Part shown: positions 1-11,191 of the stretch, piece by piece
Layout of the letters: each line of letters begins with the position of its first letter
Numbering within the stretch: position 1 is the stretch's first letter
Assembly: GCA_046583195.1 (NCBI GenBank)
Contig: JAYGCV010000010.1
Coordinates: 11,068-75,067 of the forward strand
Direction: 5' to 3'
DNA length: 64,000 nucleotides
Source: Myxococcota bacterium
Lineage (GTDB): Bacteria > Myxococcota_A > UBA9160 > UBA4427
Position numbers and translations under genes: made by a program
Notes under the pieces: model-generated
What the model was told of the DNA's origin: nothing
The model's database searches: none
What the model saw: only the letters and a program-made list of their open reading frames with translations

Positions 1-168
1 CTGGGCTTCGAGGCTCGCGTGGTGCCTCTAGAAGACGGCGGATCATCGAGTTGGCGGGTCCGCGTGGGCCCCTATGGCACACGAGACGCTGCGCGCAGGG
101 AAGCGAATCGGCTGGAAGAGCAGGGGATCGCGACCTGGGTGCTGGCCGCGGACGGGGCCGGCTCGTGA
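1..168 (+). CDS. C-terminal fragment of a SPOR (peptidoglycan-binding) domain protein; 5' end lies outside the window
   Basis: Frame 1 is open from base 1 to TGA 166-168. It reads ...[40 protein letters not shown], which fits the SPOR repeat pattern (RVxVGPy..r..A......L...G). It is absent from the ORF track because it has no start in the window. Confidence 0.55.
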   Translation: MGFEARVVPLEDGGSSSWRVRVGPYGTRDAARREANRLEEQGIATWVLAADGAGS

Positions 169-1049
169 ACCGGTCCTTTGCCGTCGTGGGCGCGCAAGGT
201 CAGCTTGGCTGCTGCCTGGTTCGGATGCTGGCTGACGACCCTGGGCGCCGGCTTGCCGCGGCCTTCTCCCATGCAGATCTGGATATCGCAGATGGAAAGG
301 CGGTGGACGCCGCACTGGCTTTGCTCCCCCGGGAGTCGACTGTCCTGAACGCTGCGGCCTTCACGGCGGTCGATCGATGCGAGAGCGAGTGGGAGGCGGC
401 GCTGCGCGTCAACCGCGACGGACCCTCGAATCTGGGCCGGAGTTGTGCGAAGCATGGACACGCGCTGGTCCATGTTTCGACCGACTACGTCTTTGATGGT
501 GAGTCCGAACGAGACTACGACGAGGCGGCGTTTCCCAATCCCCAGAGCGCTTATGGTCGCTCGAAGCTGGCAGGCGAAGAAGTGTTGCAGTCCATCGACC
601 CCGAGTTTCTCGTGGTTCGCGCGAGTTGGCTCTTTGGCCCCGGAAAAAACTTCGTGGAGGCGATCCTGGGCCAGGCGCTAAAGCGCCGCAGCGAAGGAGA
701 CGAGACCCCACTGAAAGTCGTAGACGATCAGGTGGGGTCGCCGACCTACGCCTGGGATCTCGGCGAGGGCTTGCTCGCGCTCCACGAAGCGGGCGCCCGG
801 GGCCGCCTGCACCTGTCGAATCGCGGCGCGACCACCTGGTACGACTTCGCCCGGGAAGTTCTCGACCAGGCCGGGTTTTCCGAGGTGGCGGTCGTTCGCG
901 CAGCGACTGCGGACCTCCATCTTCCCGCGAAGCGTCCGCGGCGTTCGGTGCTCGACTGCCGGCGCGCCGAAGGCCTCGGTGTCGCGCTCCGGGACTGGCG
1001 TCAGGCGCTCGCGGTCTATCTCGCAAGCCCCAGCCGGATGCCGGCATGA
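165..1049 (+). CDS. rfbD: dTDP-4-dehydrorhamnose reductase
   Basis: GTG 165 overlaps the upstream stop (GTGA). Motifs: Rossmann VVGAQGQLG; [12 protein letters not shown]; STDYVFDG; catalytic YGRSKLAGE (YxxxK); DDQVGSPTY. The track ORF start at 51 is an upstream extension overlapping the SPOR frame. Confidence 0.85.
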   Translation: MNRSFAVVGAQGQLGCCLVRMLADDPGRRLAAAFSHADLDIADGKAVDAALALLPRESTVLNAAAFTAVDRCESEWEAALRVNRDGPSNLGRSCAKHGHALVHVSTDYVFDGESERDYDEAAFPNPQSAYGRSKLAGEEVLQSIDPEFLVVRASWLFGPGKNFVEAILGQALKRRSEGDETPLKVVDDQVGSPTYAWDLGEGLLALHEAGARGRLHLSNRGATTWYDFAREVLDQAGFSEVAVVRAATADLHLPAKRPRRSVLDCRRAEGLGVALRDWRQALAVYLASPSRMPA

Positions 1050-2857
1050 GAGACGACTTCCAGTCCAGGATCCGGAACTTCTGCATCATCGCCCACATCG
1101 ACCACGGCAAGAGCACGCTGGCCGATCGGCTGCTCGAATCGACCGGAGCGCTTTCCGGGCGAGAAAAAAAGGATCAGTTCCTCGACAACATGGAACTCGA
1201 GCGCGAGCGTGGGATCACGATCAAGGCCCAGACGGCGCGCATGACCTACGTTGCGAGCGACGGTCTCGAATACATCCTCAACCTGATCGATACTCCCGGG
1301 CACGTCGATTTCTCGTACGAGGTTTCGCGCGCGCTGCAGGCCTGCGAGGGGGCGCTGCTGGTGGTGGATGCGGCCCAGGGGATCGAGGCCCAGACCCTGG
1401 CGAACGCCTACCTCGCGGTGGACGCGGGGCTCGAGATCGTTCCGGTGGTCAACAAGGTCGACTTGCCCGCGGCGGACCCCGACCGCGTTGCCGAGGAAAT
1501 CGAGGAGGTCGTGGGGCTCGACGCGGCGGACGTGCTCGCGGTCTCGGCGAAAACCGGCTTGGGCATCTCGGAACTGCTCGAGGCCGTAGTCCAGCGCATT
1601 CCGCCGCCGCCGCCGGAGGACGATGGCCCGACCCGTGCGCTGGTTTTCGATGCCTGGTTCGATTCGTATGTCGGCGTCGTGATGCTCGTCCGCGTGGTCG
1701 ATGGGAGCCTTTCGCTAAAGCTGCCGGTGCGTTTCATGGTGGCCGGAAATATTAGTGAGATCCAGCAGCTGAGCGTGATTGATCCCTTTCCCCGGGCGGT
1801 TTCGGAGTTGCGCGCCGGGGAGGTGGGCATCGTGGTCACGGGCATCAAGGCGCTGGCGGATGTCGAGGTCGGGGACACCATCACGCGGGTAAAGAACCCC
1901 GCGCCCGAAGCGCTCCCCGGCTTTGAGCGCGTGAAGCCGATGGTCTTCACCGGGCTCTACCCGGTTGACGCCGAAGAGTATGGCGACCTCAAGGTGGCCC
2001 TTGAGAAACTGAAGCTGAACGACGCCTCGTTTTATTTCGAGCCCGAGACCAGTACAGCGCTCGGCTTCGGTTTTCGTTGTGGTTTTCTCGGGTTCCTGCA
2101 CGGGGAGATCATCCAGGAACGACTCGAGCGCGAGTACGGTCTCGATCTGATCACCACCTCGCCAACGGTGCGCTATCGGATTGTTCCCCGCGATGGCGAG
2201 CCCTTTGACATCGAGAGCCCGGCCAACCTTCCGGATCCGGGTGATCTCGACCACATCGAGGAGCCGGTGATCCTGGCCACGATCCACGTTCCGATGGAAC
2301 ACGTGGGGGCGGTGTTGTCGCTGTGCCAGGACCGTAGAGGCATCCAGAAGGACATGACCGTTCATGGCGCGCGAGTGCAGGTGCGGTACGAGTTACCCCT
2401 GGCGGAAATCGTGACCGACTTCAACGACCGCCTAAAGAGCGCCACCCGAGGCTACGGGTCGATGGATTACGATCTATCGGGTTTTCGAACCGCGGATCTG
2501 GTCAAGCTGGACATCCTTGTCAACGGCGACAAGGTCGATGCCCTCTCGCTGATCGTGCACCGCGACAAGGCGCACTCGAACGGGGCGGAACTCGCCCGAA
2601 AGCTCAAACAGTTCATCCCGCGCCAGATGTTCGAAGTGGCGATTCAGGCGACGATTGGAACCCGCGTGATCGCGCGCACCACCGTCAAGGCACTTCGCAA
2701 GAATGTGACAGCGAAGTGCTATGGCGGCGATATTTCGCGGAAGCGGAAGCTTCTGGAGAAGCAGAAGGCGGGGAAACGTCGGATGAAGAAGGTCGGCTCG
2801 GTCGAAATTCCCCAGGAAGCCTTCCTGGCAGCGCTGCGGATTGGAGATCGCGAATGA
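1046..2857 (+). CDS. lepA: Elongation factor 4 (LepA)
   Basis: ATG 1046 (ATGA overlap with the rfbD stop). Motifs: [22 protein letters not shown] (G1), DTPGHVDF (G3), NKVDL (G4), and the LepA C-terminal domain ...[25 protein letters not shown]. The 140 aa before this in the track ORF are R/P/G-rich read-through over rfbD. Confidence 0.97.
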   Translation: MRDDFQSRIRNFCIIAHIDHGKSTLADRLLESTGALSGREKKDQFLDNMELERERGITIKAQTARMTYVASDGLEYILNLIDTPGHVDFSYEVSRALQACEGALLVVDAAQGIEAQTLANAYLAVDAGLEIVPVVNKVDLPAADPDRVAEEIEEVVGLDAADVLAVSAKTGLGISELLEAVVQRIPPPPPEDDGPTRALVFDAWFDSYVGVVMLVRVVDGSLSLKLPVRFMVAGNISEIQQLSVIDPFPRAVSELRAGEVGIVVTGIKALADVEVGDTITRVKNPAPEALPGFERVKPMVFTGLYPVDAEEYGDLKVALEKLKLNDASFYFEPETSTALGFGFRCGFLGFLHGEIIQERLEREYGLDLITTSPTVRYRIVPRDGEPFDIESPANLPDPGDLDHIEEPVILATIHVPMEHVGAVLSLCQDRRGIQKDMTVHGARVQVRYELPLAEIVTDFNDRLKSATRGYGSMDYDLSGFRTADLVKLDILVNGDKVDALSLIVHRDKAHSNGAELARKLKQFIPRQMFEVAIQATIGTRVIARTTVKALRKNVTAKCYGGDISRKRKLLEKQKAGKRRMKKVGSVEIPQEAFLAALRIGDRE

Positions 2858-3678
2858 GCGAGGACATGGATCCCGATCTCAAAAAGCCGAGTTGGCTGGC
2901 TCGCGTCTGGGAGCAGGTGGGAACCCTGGTCCTGGCGGTCGCCATCGCGCTCGGGATCCGAGCGGTGTTGGTCGAGCCCTATCGGATTCCATCGGGGTCG
3001 ATGTTCCCGACCCTCCTGATCGGAGATCATCTCTTCGTCAACAAGCTCCTTTACGGGGCCAGAATCCCCTTCAGCGACTGGCACCTGCCGGCGATACGCG
3101 ACCCCGAGCGCGGGGACGTGGTTGTTTTCCAGGTGGCGCGCGATGGCAATGCCATCGTGCCCGCCGACCGCAATCCGGACCTTCCCCGCGACGATTTCAT
3201 CAAGCGCCTGGTCGGCCTTCCGGGGGACCGCATCGAGGTGAGGGCGGGCGTCCTCTACGTGAATGGCGAGGCGATGCCGCGGCAGGCCACCGGGGAGATT
3301 TTCGTGGACGAGTACGGTGGACGACTCGAGATTGAACAGGAGCGGCTCGGCGAGTGTGTCCACGCCACCCTTGACGATCCGCGCCTGCCATCGGGGAGCT
3401 GGCTCGAAAATGTCGCTCCGCGCGTGGTGCCGCCCGGCCGCTACTTCTTCATGGGAGACAACCGCGGCCATTCGCGCGACAGCCGCGACTGGGGAACCGT
3501 GCGCCGGGATGCCCTGAAGGGCCCAGCGTTCCTGATCTACTGGTCGTGGGACGTGCGCGGAAACTTCCTTCAGTTCTTCAATCCCCTCAACTGGTGGTCG
3601 GCGGAGAAGCGCTGGGGACGGGTCTTTGACCGGGTGGCGTGCGACGCGCCGCCGGGGGCGGGCACGGAGCCGCAATGA
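2854..3678 (+). CDS. lepB: Signal peptidase I
   Basis: ATG 2854 (ATGA overlap with the lepA stop). N-terminal TM helix; catalytic Ser box [10 protein letters not shown]; Lys box [11 protein letters not shown]; [14 protein letters not shown] box. The lepA-lepB pairing is conserved. Confidence 0.93.
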   Translation: MSEDMDPDLKKPSWLARVWEQVGTLVLAVAIALGIRAVLVEPYRIPSGSMFPTLLIGDHLFVNKLLYGARIPFSDWHLPAIRDPERGDVVVFQVARDGNAIVPADRNPDLPRDDFIKRLVGLPGDRIEVRAGVLYVNGEAMPRQATGEIFVDEYGGRLEIEQERLGECVHATLDDPRLPSGSWLENVAPRVVPPGRYFFMGDNRGHSRDSRDWGTVRRDALKGPAFLIYWSWDVRGNFLQFFNPLNWWSAEKRWGRVFDRVACDAPPGAGTEPQ

Positions 3679-3736
3679 AGCTGGGAGGCAGGGGCCCAGA
3701 ACAGCGTTGGGATCGCCCCTACGTCGCCTCCATTCC

Positions 3737-3764
3737 TTGACGGGGGGGGCTGGGACGATATTGT
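3737..3764 (+). promoter_or_regulatory. Candidate sigma70-type promoter of the pyr operon
   Basis: TTGACG (3737-3742), a 16-nt G-rich spacer containing a G8 run, then TATTGT (3759-3764). It lies ~60 nt upstream of the pyrR start. Confidence 0.3.
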
Positions 3765-3794
3765 CCCGGCCAACGATTCCGGACCTTTTAACTC

Positions 3795-3820
3795 CGTCCC
3801 GTGAGGCGGAGAAAGGGACG
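3795..3820 (+). promoter_or_regulatory. PyrR-binding-loop-like hairpin covering the pyrR Shine-Dalgarno
   Basis: CGTCCC (3795-3800) pairs with GGGACG (3815-3820). The segment GTCCCGTGAGGCG resembles the PyrR box consensus RUCCAGAGAGGYU in about 10 of 13 positions. The loop and 3' arm contain GGAGAAAGGGA, the only SD-like element before GTG 3823. Confidence 0.4.
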
Positions 3821-3822
3821 AG

Positions 3823-4458
3823 GTGCCCGACACGCCCCCCACAGGCGAGATCGATCCGACGCCCGCGGCGGCGCACGCCGGACGCGTGGTGCTCGACGAC
3901 GAGGCCATCCGGCGTTCGCTCAAGCGGATCGCCCACGAGATCGTCGAACGCAACCAGGGCTGCGACGGCCTCTACCTCGTCGCCATTCCCAACGGCGGTG
4001 TGCCGCTCGGTCGCATTCTGGTCGACGACCTCGAGGAGATCACGGGGTCGCGGCTGCCCCTCGGCATTCTCGACACCACGCTCTACCGCGACGATCTCGC
4101 GGTGCGCGGAGAGCGCCCCCTCATGCGGGAAACCGAAATGCCGTCGTCGGTGGACGGGCAGGTCGTGGTGTTGGTCGAGGATGTGGTCAGCACCGGTCGC
4201 ACCATTCGCGCGGCGATGGATGCCCTGATGGATTTTGGTCGCCCGCGCGCGGTGCAGGTCGTAGCGCTTGTCGATCGGGGCCACCGCGAACTCCCGATCA
4301 AGATCGACTACGCGGGCAAGAACATCCCCACGAGCGCAGAAGAGAAGGTCGTCCTGCGGCATTCGGGCAGCGAGACGCAAGGCCTCCTCGAGATGGCGGT
4401 GATCAAACGCAGCAGCGAGGCGGAGTCCGACGGCGGCCCCGGGGAGTTGCGCACATGA
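3823..4458 (+). CDS. pyrR: Bifunctional pyrimidine operon regulator / uracil phosphoribosyltransferase PyrR
   Basis: Motifs: [26 protein letters not shown], the PRPP-binding loop [21 protein letters not shown], and [12 protein letters not shown]. It is the first gene of the pyrR-B-C-carAB cluster. Confidence 0.93.
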   Translation: MPDTPPTGEIDPTPAAAHAGRVVLDDEAIRRSLKRIAHEIVERNQGCDGLYLVAIPNGGVPLGRILVDDLEEITGSRLPLGILDTTLYRDDLAVRGERPLMRETEMPSSVDGQVVVLVEDVVSTGRTIRAAMDALMDFGRPRAVQVVALVDRGHRELPIKIDYAGKNIPTSAEEKVVLRHSGSETQGLLEMAVIKRSSEAESDGGPGELRT

Positions 4459-5390
4459 TTGGAAGGGACCTGCTCAGCATCGAAGACCTCGAACGCGAGG
4501 AGATCCAGAAGATCCTGGAGACGGCGGAGAAGATGTGCGAGATCGGTCGAAGGGACGTCAAGAAGGTCCCGACCCTTCGCGGGCGCACGATCATCAATCT
4601 CTTTTTCGAGCCCTCGACCCGCACGCTTTCGAGTTTTGAAATCGCGGGCAAGCGCCTCTCCGCGGACGTGATCAACTTCTCCCCGGGAAACTCGAGCCTC
4701 TCGAAGGCCGAGAGCATTCTCGATACCGCAAAGACCCTGGACGCCATGGACCCGGACGCGGTGATCGTTCGGCACGCGGTTGCAGGCGTGCCAAAGCGCA
4801 TTGCAGACGTTCTGAAGGCTCCGGTGGTGAACGCCGGAGACGGCGCGCACGAGCACCCGACCCAGGCGCTCCTCGACATGCTGACGGTGTACCAGGAGAA
4901 GGGGCAACTCGAGGGCCTGACCGTCGCAATTATTGGCGACATCACGCACTCGCGGGTGGCGCGCTCGAATATCTATGGGTTCCGAAAAATGGGGGCCGAA
5001 GTCCGCATCGCGGGCCCCCCCACGATGTTGCCGCCAAACCCCGAAGTCCTCGGAGTGAAAGCGTGTACGACCCTGCGTGAGGCTCTCGACGGGGTCGATG
5101 TGGTGATGGCACTGCGGATCCAGAACGAGCGCTTCCGGGGCGCCTGCTTTCCGAGCATTCGCGAATATTCCGCCACCTTCGGGCTCGACCGAGCCAAACT
5201 CCGCTATGCGAAGGACGATGCGATCGTGATGCATCCGGGGCCGGTCAATCGCGGCGTCGAACTCGCCCATGACCTCACGGACCACCGCCCGAGCGTGATA
5301 CTGGATCAGGTGCGAAATGGGGTCGCGCTGCGGATGGCCGTGCTCTACCTGATTGCCGGCCACCAGAGCGAAGCGGGGAGATTTGCATGA
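4455..5390 (+). CDS. pyrB: Aspartate carbamoyltransferase catalytic subunit
   Basis: ATG 4455 (ATGA overlap with the pyrR stop). Motifs: [13 protein letters not shown] (STRTR box), [18 protein letters not shown]. The upstream 218 aa of track ORF 3801..5390 are an R-rich off-frame extension over pyrR. Confidence 0.95.
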   Translation: MIGRDLLSIEDLEREEIQKILETAEKMCEIGRRDVKKVPTLRGRTIINLFFEPSTRTLSSFEIAGKRLSADVINFSPGNSSLSKAESILDTAKTLDAMDPDAVIVRHAVAGVPKRIADVLKAPVVNAGDGAHEHPTQALLDMLTVYQEKGQLEGLTVAIIGDITHSRVARSNIYGFRKMGAEVRIAGPPTMLPPNPEVLGVKACTTLREALDGVDVVMALRIQNERFRGACFPSIREYSATFGLDRAKLRYAKDDAIVMHPGPVNRGVELAHDLTDHRPSVILDQVRNGVALRMAVLYLIAGHQSEAGRFA

Positions 5391-5456
5391 GAAAGCTAAC
5401 GGCCCGAAGAGTCTGGCACCTCGACGACGCCAGAAAATGGGGGCCCTGGATTTAAC

Positions 5457-6752
5457 ATGTCGCGCGTGATCATTTCGGGCGGGCGGGTCCTGGACCCTTC
5501 TCGCGACTTCGACGGCGAGGCCGATGTCCTGATCGAAGATGGTCGCATTGAGGCCGTCGAAGCCGGGATCGAGGTACGCGGCGCCGAGCGCATCGACGCC
5601 AGTGGAACCTGGGTGGCGCCGGCCTTCATCGATATGCACTGCCATCTGCGTGAGCCGGGTCAAGAGTACAAAGAGGACCTGGCCTCGGGCAGTCGGGCTG
5701 CCGTGGCGGGCGGGTTCTCTGCGGTGGCCTGCATGGCCAACACCGACCCGGTGAATGACGACCCCTCGGTCACCGACTACATCCTGGCCCGGGCAAGGGA
5801 ACATGCCGCCGCAAAGATCTACCCGATCGCGGCGGCGACCCGCGGTCTTCTGGGCGAAGTGATGACCGAGATGTCGGCGCTGCGCGATGCCGGAGCCGTG
5901 GCCTTTAGCGATGACGGCAAGACCATCATGGACAGCGGCGTGATGCGCTCGGTCCTCGAGTATTCGAAGATGGTCGATGCGTCGGTGATCGTGCACGCCG
6001 AGGATCTCTGCCTGGTTCGAGAAGGGGTGGTGAACGAGGGGCCGATTTCCACGAAACTCGGCCTGCCGGGAAACCCCTCGACCGCCGAGGATATCCACGT
6101 CGCCCGCGATCTCCGGTTGGCCGCTTTGACGGGTGCGCGGCTGCATGTGGCCCACGTCTCTTCCGCTGGCGCGGTCGACCTGATTCGCCGAGCGCGGGAG
6201 GAGGGGGTCCGGGTCACCGCAGAGGTCACGCCTCACCATCTCTGCCTGACCGACGAAGCCGCCATGGGTTACGACACCAACACGAAGATGGCGCCGCCGC
6301 TGCGCTCTGCGATGGATCGCGAGGCCTGCCGGCGGGGCCTTTGCGAGGGCGTCATCGACGTGATTGCCACCGACCACGCACCGCATGCCGTCCACGAGAA
6401 GGAAGTCGATTTTATCGAAGCGCCGCCGGGGATTCTCGGGCTCGAGACGGCGTTCCCGGTGGTGATGGACCTGGTGCGGAAGGACGAACTTTCGCCCCTC
6501 GAACTGATGCGGCGCTTGTCGACGCGAGTCGCCGAGATCCTCCGGGTGCCGGGAGGCACCCTCGCGAAGGGGGCCCCCGCCGATATTGTGTTGCTCGATC
6601 CCGAACGTCGCTGGGTGTACGACGCGGCGAAGGGCTACTCGAAGAGTCGCAACTCTCCCTGGGACGGCCAGGAAATGATCGGCCGGGTCATCGCAACCCT
6701 CGTCGACGGGGCCGTGGTCTACCACAGTGACCGCGGAGTGCTCGTCCATTGA
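5457..6752 (+). CDS. pyrC: Dihydroorotase
   Basis: Motifs: the metal-binding HxH in [19 protein letters not shown], and VIATDHAPH. The ~430 aa size matches class I DHOase. Confidence 0.93.
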   Translation: MSRVIISGGRVLDPSRDFDGEADVLIEDGRIEAVEAGIEVRGAERIDASGTWVAPAFIDMHCHLREPGQEYKEDLASGSRAAVAGGFSAVACMANTDPVNDDPSVTDYILARAREHAAAKIYPIAAATRGLLGEVMTEMSALRDAGAVAFSDDGKTIMDSGVMRSVLEYSKMVDASVIVHAEDLCLVREGVVNEGPISTKLGLPGNPSTAEDIHVARDLRLAALTGARLHVAHVSSAGAVDLIRRAREEGVRVTAEVTPHHLCLTDEAAMGYDTNTKMAPPLRSAMDREACRRGLCEGVIDVIATDHAPHAVHEKEVDFIEAPPGILGLETAFPVVMDLVRKDELSPLELMRRLSTRVAEILRVPGGTLAKGAPADIVLLDPERRWVYDAAKGYSKSRNSPWDGQEMIGRVIATLVDGAVVYHSDRGVLVH

Positions 6753-7951
6753 GCCTTCTGCGTCGCGCGGTTTCGGCACGCATGGTGCTCTGCGACGGAA
6801 CGGTCTTCCGTGGACAGGCGTTTGGTGCCCCAGCGCTCTGCAGCGGAGAAGTGGTCTTCAATACGAGCATGACCGGATACCAGGAGATTTGTACCGACCC
6901 TTCCTACGCCGGGCAGATCGTGACGATGACCTACACGCAGATCGGGAATGTCGGAGTCAATCCCGACGACGAGGAGTCCAGAGGGCTCTTTCTCGAAGGC
7001 TTCGTGGTGAAGGAACTGTTCCGCGAGACCAGCAACTGGCGCTCCCGGGGCAGCCTCGATGCGGCGCTCGAGACGGCGGGGGTTCCGGGAATCGAGGGGA
7101 TCGATACGCGCGCGCTGGTGCGACGCATTCGCAGCGGCGGCGCGCAGGTCGGGGTGATCAGCACCGATCCCGACCTGCAGGATGAATCCGAGTTGGTCGA
7201 TCGCGCTCGCGCCGCACCGGGACTCGATGGGGTCGATTGGGTCGATCGGGTGACCTGCCGCGAGCCCTACCGCTTTCAGGAGGGCACCTGGCCGGGGATC
7301 GCCGGGCAGGTGCCGCGTGGGGCGAAGCCTGGCGTACCGCTCAAGGTCGTGGTGTACGACTTCGGGGTCAAGCGGAACATCCTGCGGCAACTGGTGGATC
7401 ACGGCTTCGACGTGACAGTGGTTCCCGCCACCACCCCGGCCGCCGAAGCGCTGGCGCTCGCGCCCGATGCGATCTTCCTCTCGAACGGCCCGGGCGACCC
7501 CGCGGCCGTCGATGGCGTGCGCGAGAACGTCCGCGAGTTGGCCGCAAAGCGGCCGCTCTTCGGCATCTGCCTGGGACACCAGATCCTTGGGCTCGCCCTC
7601 GGCGGAAAAACCCAGAAGATGAAGTTCGGTCACCACGGGGGCAACCAACCGGGGCAGGACCTGGCCACGAAGAAGGTCGCGATCTGTGCGGAGAACCACG
7701 GCTACGCAGTGGACGCCGAGTCGCTTCGCGCTGCCGGGGAAGCGGTGGAGGTCACTCACTGCAACTTGAACGAGGGGACGGTCGAGGGCCTGGCCCACGC
7801 CGCGAGGCCTCTTTTTTCGGTGCAGTACCACCCCGAAGCGTCGCCGGGACCGCACGATGCCAGCTATCTCTTCGGGCGCTTCCGCAACATGGTCGAACGC
7901 GTCGTTGCGGGCGAGGCGGTCTCCGGGGCCCAGGTGGCGAGAGGCGAATAG
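6749..7951 (+). CDS. carA: Carbamoyl-phosphate synthase small (glutaminase) subunit
   Basis: Motifs: [17 protein letters not shown]-terminus, [12 protein letters not shown], and GATase triad [11 protein letters not shown] ... HGYAV. The start is ambiguous: TTG 6749 overlaps the pyrC stop, while ATG 6782 gives the canonical N-terminus. Confidence 0.93.
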   Translation: MSLLRRAVSARMVLCDGTVFRGQAFGAPALCSGEVVFNTSMTGYQEICTDPSYAGQIVTMTYTQIGNVGVNPDDEESRGLFLEGFVVKELFRETSNWRSRGSLDAALETAGVPGIEGIDTRALVRRIRSGGAQVGVISTDPDLQDESELVDRARAAPGLDGVDWVDRVTCREPYRFQEGTWPGIAGQVPRGAKPGVPLKVVVYDFGVKRNILRQLVDHGFDVTVVPATTPAAEALALAPDAIFLSNGPGDPAAVDGVRENVRELAAKRPLFGICLGHQILGLALGGKTQKMKFGHHGGNQPGQDLATKKVAICAENHGYAVDAESLRAAGEAVEVTHCNLNEGTVEGLAHAARPLFSVQYHPEASPGPHDASYLFGRFRNMVERVVAGEAVSGAQVARGE

Positions 7952-7953
7952 GC

Positions 7954-10900
7954 GTGCCGCGCAGAGACGACATCGAAACGATCTTCGTGATTGGTTCCGG
8001 GCCGATCGTGATCGGCCAGGCCTGCGAGTTTGACTACTCGGGTACCCAGGCCTGCAAGGCGCTGCGCGAGGAGGGCTACCGCGTGGTTCTGCTCAACTCG
8101 AATCCCGCCACGATCATGACGGATCCCGAGACCGCCGATCGCACCTACATCGAGCCGATGACGCTCGAGACTGTCGAGAAGATCCTGATCGAGGAAAAGC
8201 CCGACGCGCTGCTGCCGACCATCGGCGGGCAGACCGCGCTCAATCTGGCAGTCGAACTCGCGGAGGCGGGGATTCTCGAGCGGTACGGGGTCGAGTTGAT
8301 CGGTGCGAATCTCGAGGCGATTCGCAAGGCCGAGGATCGAAACGAATTTCGCAAGGCGATGGAGCGCATCGGCCTGCGGGTCCCGGCTTCCGGAGTGGCC
8401 GAGACGGTCGAGGAGGCGCGCGCCATCGTCGCGAGCACGGGCATCCCCGCGATCATCCGACCCAGCTTCACCCTGGGCGGGACCGGTGGCAGTGTCTGCT
8501 GGCGCGATGAGGATTTCGATGAACTCGTTGCCTGGGCGCTGCAGCAGTCGCCCCAGCACCAGTGCTTGATCGAGCAGAGCTTGATCGGCTGGAAGGAGTA
8601 CGAACTCGAAGTGATGCGCGACAAGGCCGACAACGTCGTGATCGTCTGCCCGATCGAGAACTTCGATGCGATGGGGGTCCATACCGGCGATTCGATCACG
8701 GTGGCGCCGGCCCAGACCCTCTCCGACCGCGAATACCAGGAAATGCGCGACGCGGCGATCGCGATCATGCGCGAAATCGGCGTCGATACCGGCGGCTCGA
8801 ATGTGCAGTTCGGGGTCGATCCGGTCGACGGCACCCTGGTGGTCATCGAAATGAACCCGAGGGTGTCGCGTTCCTCGGCACTGGCTTCGAAGGCGACCGG
8901 TTTCCCGATCGCGAAGATCGCTGCGAAGCTGGCGGTGGGGTACACCCTCGACGAAGTCCGAAACGACATCACGCGCGAGACGCCGGCGAGCTTCGAGCCG
9001 AGCATCGACTACGTCGTCACCAAGATTCCCCGCTTCACCTTCGAGAAATTTCCGAGCGCAGACAACGAGCTCACCACCCAGATGAAATCCGTGGGAGAGG
9101 TGATGGCGATCGGGCGCACCTTCAAGGAGAGCTTGCAGAAGGCGATTCGCTCGCTCGAGATCGGCCACGCCGGCCTCGAGGCGCCTTCGCTCCCGAGGAC
9201 CCCCGAAGGCGACGCGCAGCTCTTCGAGAGCATCGATACGCCGCGACCGGGTCGGCTCTGGGCACTGGTGGAGGCGCTGCGGCGCGGGTTTTCGGTCGAT
9301 GAACTCCACCGTCGGTCCCACATTGATCGCTGGTTTCTCCGCAATCTCCGCGACCTCGCCGAGGCCGAAGTAGAGATTGCCTCGACGCCAGAGGCCTCGC
9401 GCGACGCCATCCTGCTCGAAGCGAAGCGGTGGGGGTTTTCGGACCAGCGCCTGGGGCAGCTCTGGGGCGAGACCGAAGACGCGGTGCGCGCACGTAGGCA
9501 CGCTGCAGGGATACGCCCGGTGTACAAGCGCGTGGATACCTGCGCGGCGGAGTTCGAAGCGTTTACGCCCTATCTCTACTCGACCTACGAAACCGAATGC
9601 GAAGCCGAGCCCACGGACAGGCGGAAGATCATGATCCTCGGCGGGGGGCCGAACCGGATCGGGCAGGGGATCGAATTCGACTACTGCTGCGTGCACGCGG
9701 TCTTTGCGCTGCGCGAGGCGGGTTTCGAAACGATCATGGTCAACTGCAACCCGGAGACGGTCTCCACGGACTACGACACCAGCGATCGCCTCTACTTCGA
9801 GCCCCTCACGCTCGAGGACGTGCTCGAGATCGTGCACGTCGAAAAACCCGAAGGGGTGATCGTACAGCTCGGCGGGCAGACTCCCCTGAAGCTCGCGGTC
9901 GCGCTCGAGCGCGCGGGGGTTCCGATCATCGGCACGCCGCCCGACGCGATCGATCGGGCCGAGGATCGAGAGCGCTTCGATGCGATGCTCGAGAGCCTCG
10001 CGCTCCGGCGACCGCCCGGGGCCGTGGCGCGCAGCCCGGAGGAAGCCGAGGCCGTCGCCGCGCGCATCGGCTACCCGGTCCTGCTCCGCCCGTCCTACGT
10101 CCTGGGCGGGAGGGCGATGCAGATCGTCCAGGGGGTCGCCGATCTGCGCGACTACATGCGCTTCGCGGTAAAGGCTTCGCCCGAGCATCCGGTGCTCGTC
10201 GATCGCTTTCTGGCCGACGCCACCGAGGTCGATGTGGACGCCCTGTGTGACGGAACCCGGGTCGTGATCGGCGGAATCATGGAACATATCGAGCAGGCTG
10301 GAGTGCATTCCGGGGACAGCGCCTGCTCGCTGCCGCCGTATTCGCTCGGACCGGAGGTGATCGAGGAGATCCTCGTGGCGACACGTCGTATGGCCCTCGA
10401 ACTCGGCGTCATCGGACTGATGAACGTCCAGTACGCGGTGAAGGAGGGCGAGCTCTACGTGATCGAGGTCAACCCGCGCGCTTCGCGGACGGTGCCCTTC
10501 GTCTCGAAGGCGATTGGGAAGCCCCTGGCGAAGCTCGCGGCCCTGGTGATGGCCGGAAAGAGCCTCGACGAACTCGGGTTCTGCGAGGAGATCGTGCCCG
10601 AATACTTCTCGGTGAAGGAAGCCGTCTTCCCCTTCGTCAAGTTCCCGGGTGTCGATACGCTGCTGGGCCCCGAAATGAAGAGCACCGGAGAGGTGATGGG
10701 GATCGATTCGGATTTTGGGCGAGCCTTTGCGAAGGCCCAGATCCAGGCGGGCAACCCCCTGCCCGAAAGCGGTTGCGTGCTGGTCTCCACTCGGCAGTCC
10801 GATCGCCCGGGTCTCGCCGAAGCCGTTGGTCGCTTGGTCGGGGAGGGCTTCCGGGTGATGGCCACCCCGGGGACCGCCGATTCTCTCGAGGCGGCGGGCA

Positions 10901-11181
10901 TCGAGGTCGAAGTCGTCAACCGCGTACGCGACGGCTCGCCCCACACCGTCGACGCCATCGCGAGCGGCCGGGTCGACCTGGTGATCAACACCGTCGACCA
11001 CGACCCCGAATCGGTGAAGGCGTCTTTCGAGATCCGCCGCGTCGCCCTGCAACGGGGGGTTCCCTATTGCACCACGCTGGCCGCGGCGCAGGCGTCTGCC
11101 GCCGCGATTGTCGCTCAACGCCGACGCTCGATCGGAGTGCGCTCGCTGCAGGAGATCCACGCCGGCGTCAGCGGTTCCTGA
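7954..11181 (+). CDS. carB: Carbamoyl-phosphate synthase large subunit
   Basis: GTG 7954, 2 nt after the carA stop. Motifs: [28 protein letters not shown] and a second half with [24 protein letters not shown] (duplicated ATP-grasp), plus a C-terminal MGS-like domain. The first 239 aa of the track ORF are off-frame read-through over carA. Confidence 0.97.
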   Translation: MPRRDDIETIFVIGSGPIVIGQACEFDYSGTQACKALREEGYRVVLLNSNPATIMTDPETADRTYIEPMTLETVEKILIEEKPDALLPTIGGQTALNLAVELAEAGILERYGVELIGANLEAIRKAEDRNEFRKAMERIGLRVPASGVAETVEEARAIVASTGIPAIIRPSFTLGGTGGSVCWRDEDFDELVAWALQQSPQHQCLIEQSLIGWKEYELEVMRDKADNVVIVCPIENFDAMGVHTGDSITVAPAQTLSDREYQEMRDAAIAIMREIGVDTGGSNVQFGVDPVDGTLVVIEMNPRVSRSSALASKATGFPIAKIAAKLAVGYTLDEVRNDITRETPASFEPSIDYVVTKIPRFTFEKFPSADNELTTQMKSVGEVMAIGRTFKESLQKAIRSLEIGHAGLEAPSLPRTPEGDAQLFESIDTPRPGRLWALVEALRRGFSVDELHRRSHIDRWFLRNLRDLAEAEVEIASTPEASRDAILLEAKRWGFSDQRLGQLWGETEDAVRARRHAAGIRPVYKRVDTCAAEFEAFTPYLYSTYETECEAEPTDRRKIMILGGGPNRIGQGIEFDYCCVHAVFALREAGFETIMVNCNPETVSTDYDTSDRLYFEPLTLEDVLEIVHVEKPEGVIVQLGGQTPLKLAVALERAGVPIIGTPPDAIDRAEDRERFDAMLESLALRRPPGAVARSPEEAEAVAARIGYPVLLRPSYVLGGRAMQIVQGVADLRDYMRFAVKASPEHPVLVDRFLADATEVDVDALCDGTRVVIGGIMEHIEQAGVHSGDSACSLPPYSLGPEVIEEILVATRRMALELGVIGLMNVQYAVKEGELYVIEVNPRASRTVPFVSKAIGKPLAKLAALVMAGKSLDELGFCEEIVPEYFSVKEAVFPFVKFPGVDTLLGPEMKSTGEVMGIDSDFGRAFAKAQIQAGNPLPESGCVLVSTRQSDRPGLAEAVGRLVGEGFRVMATPGTADSLEAAGIEVEVVNRVRDGSPHTVDAIASGRVDLVINTVDHDPESVKASFEIRRVALQRGVPYCTTLAAAQASAAAIVAQRRRSIGVRSLQEIHAGVSGS

Positions 11182-11191
11182 CCCGACCCCG

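Noticed and set aside
626-1045. N-terminal extensions of track ORFs, e.g. lepA 626-1045, pyrB 3801-4454, carB 7237-7953, hom 30798-31262, oxoprolinase 53053-53913, murJ 52037-52336, cstA 52158-52316 and KH protein 38848-39282.
   Set aside because: The extensions overlap the preceding, well-supported gene in another frame and are R/P/G-rich. In each case a canonical family N-terminus begins at an internal ATG/GTG that sits at or overlaps the upstream stop codon.
4308-6779. Very long antisense ORFs in the track: 4308..6779 (-), 2719..4380 (-), 7864..11556 (-), 28978..31182 (-), 34538..36781 (-), 48216..49688 (-), 49744..51897 (-) and 55069..58311 (-).
   Set aside because: Each lies opposite a gene with unmistakable family motifs (pyrB/pyrC, carB, permease/aminotransferase, protease, nhaC, cstA, oxoprolinase). 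Their translations are Arg/Pro/Gly/His-rich low-complexity sequence with no recognisable motifs, as expected for stop-poor antisense frames in GC-rich DNA. ORF 55069..58311 would even run through tRNA-Lys.
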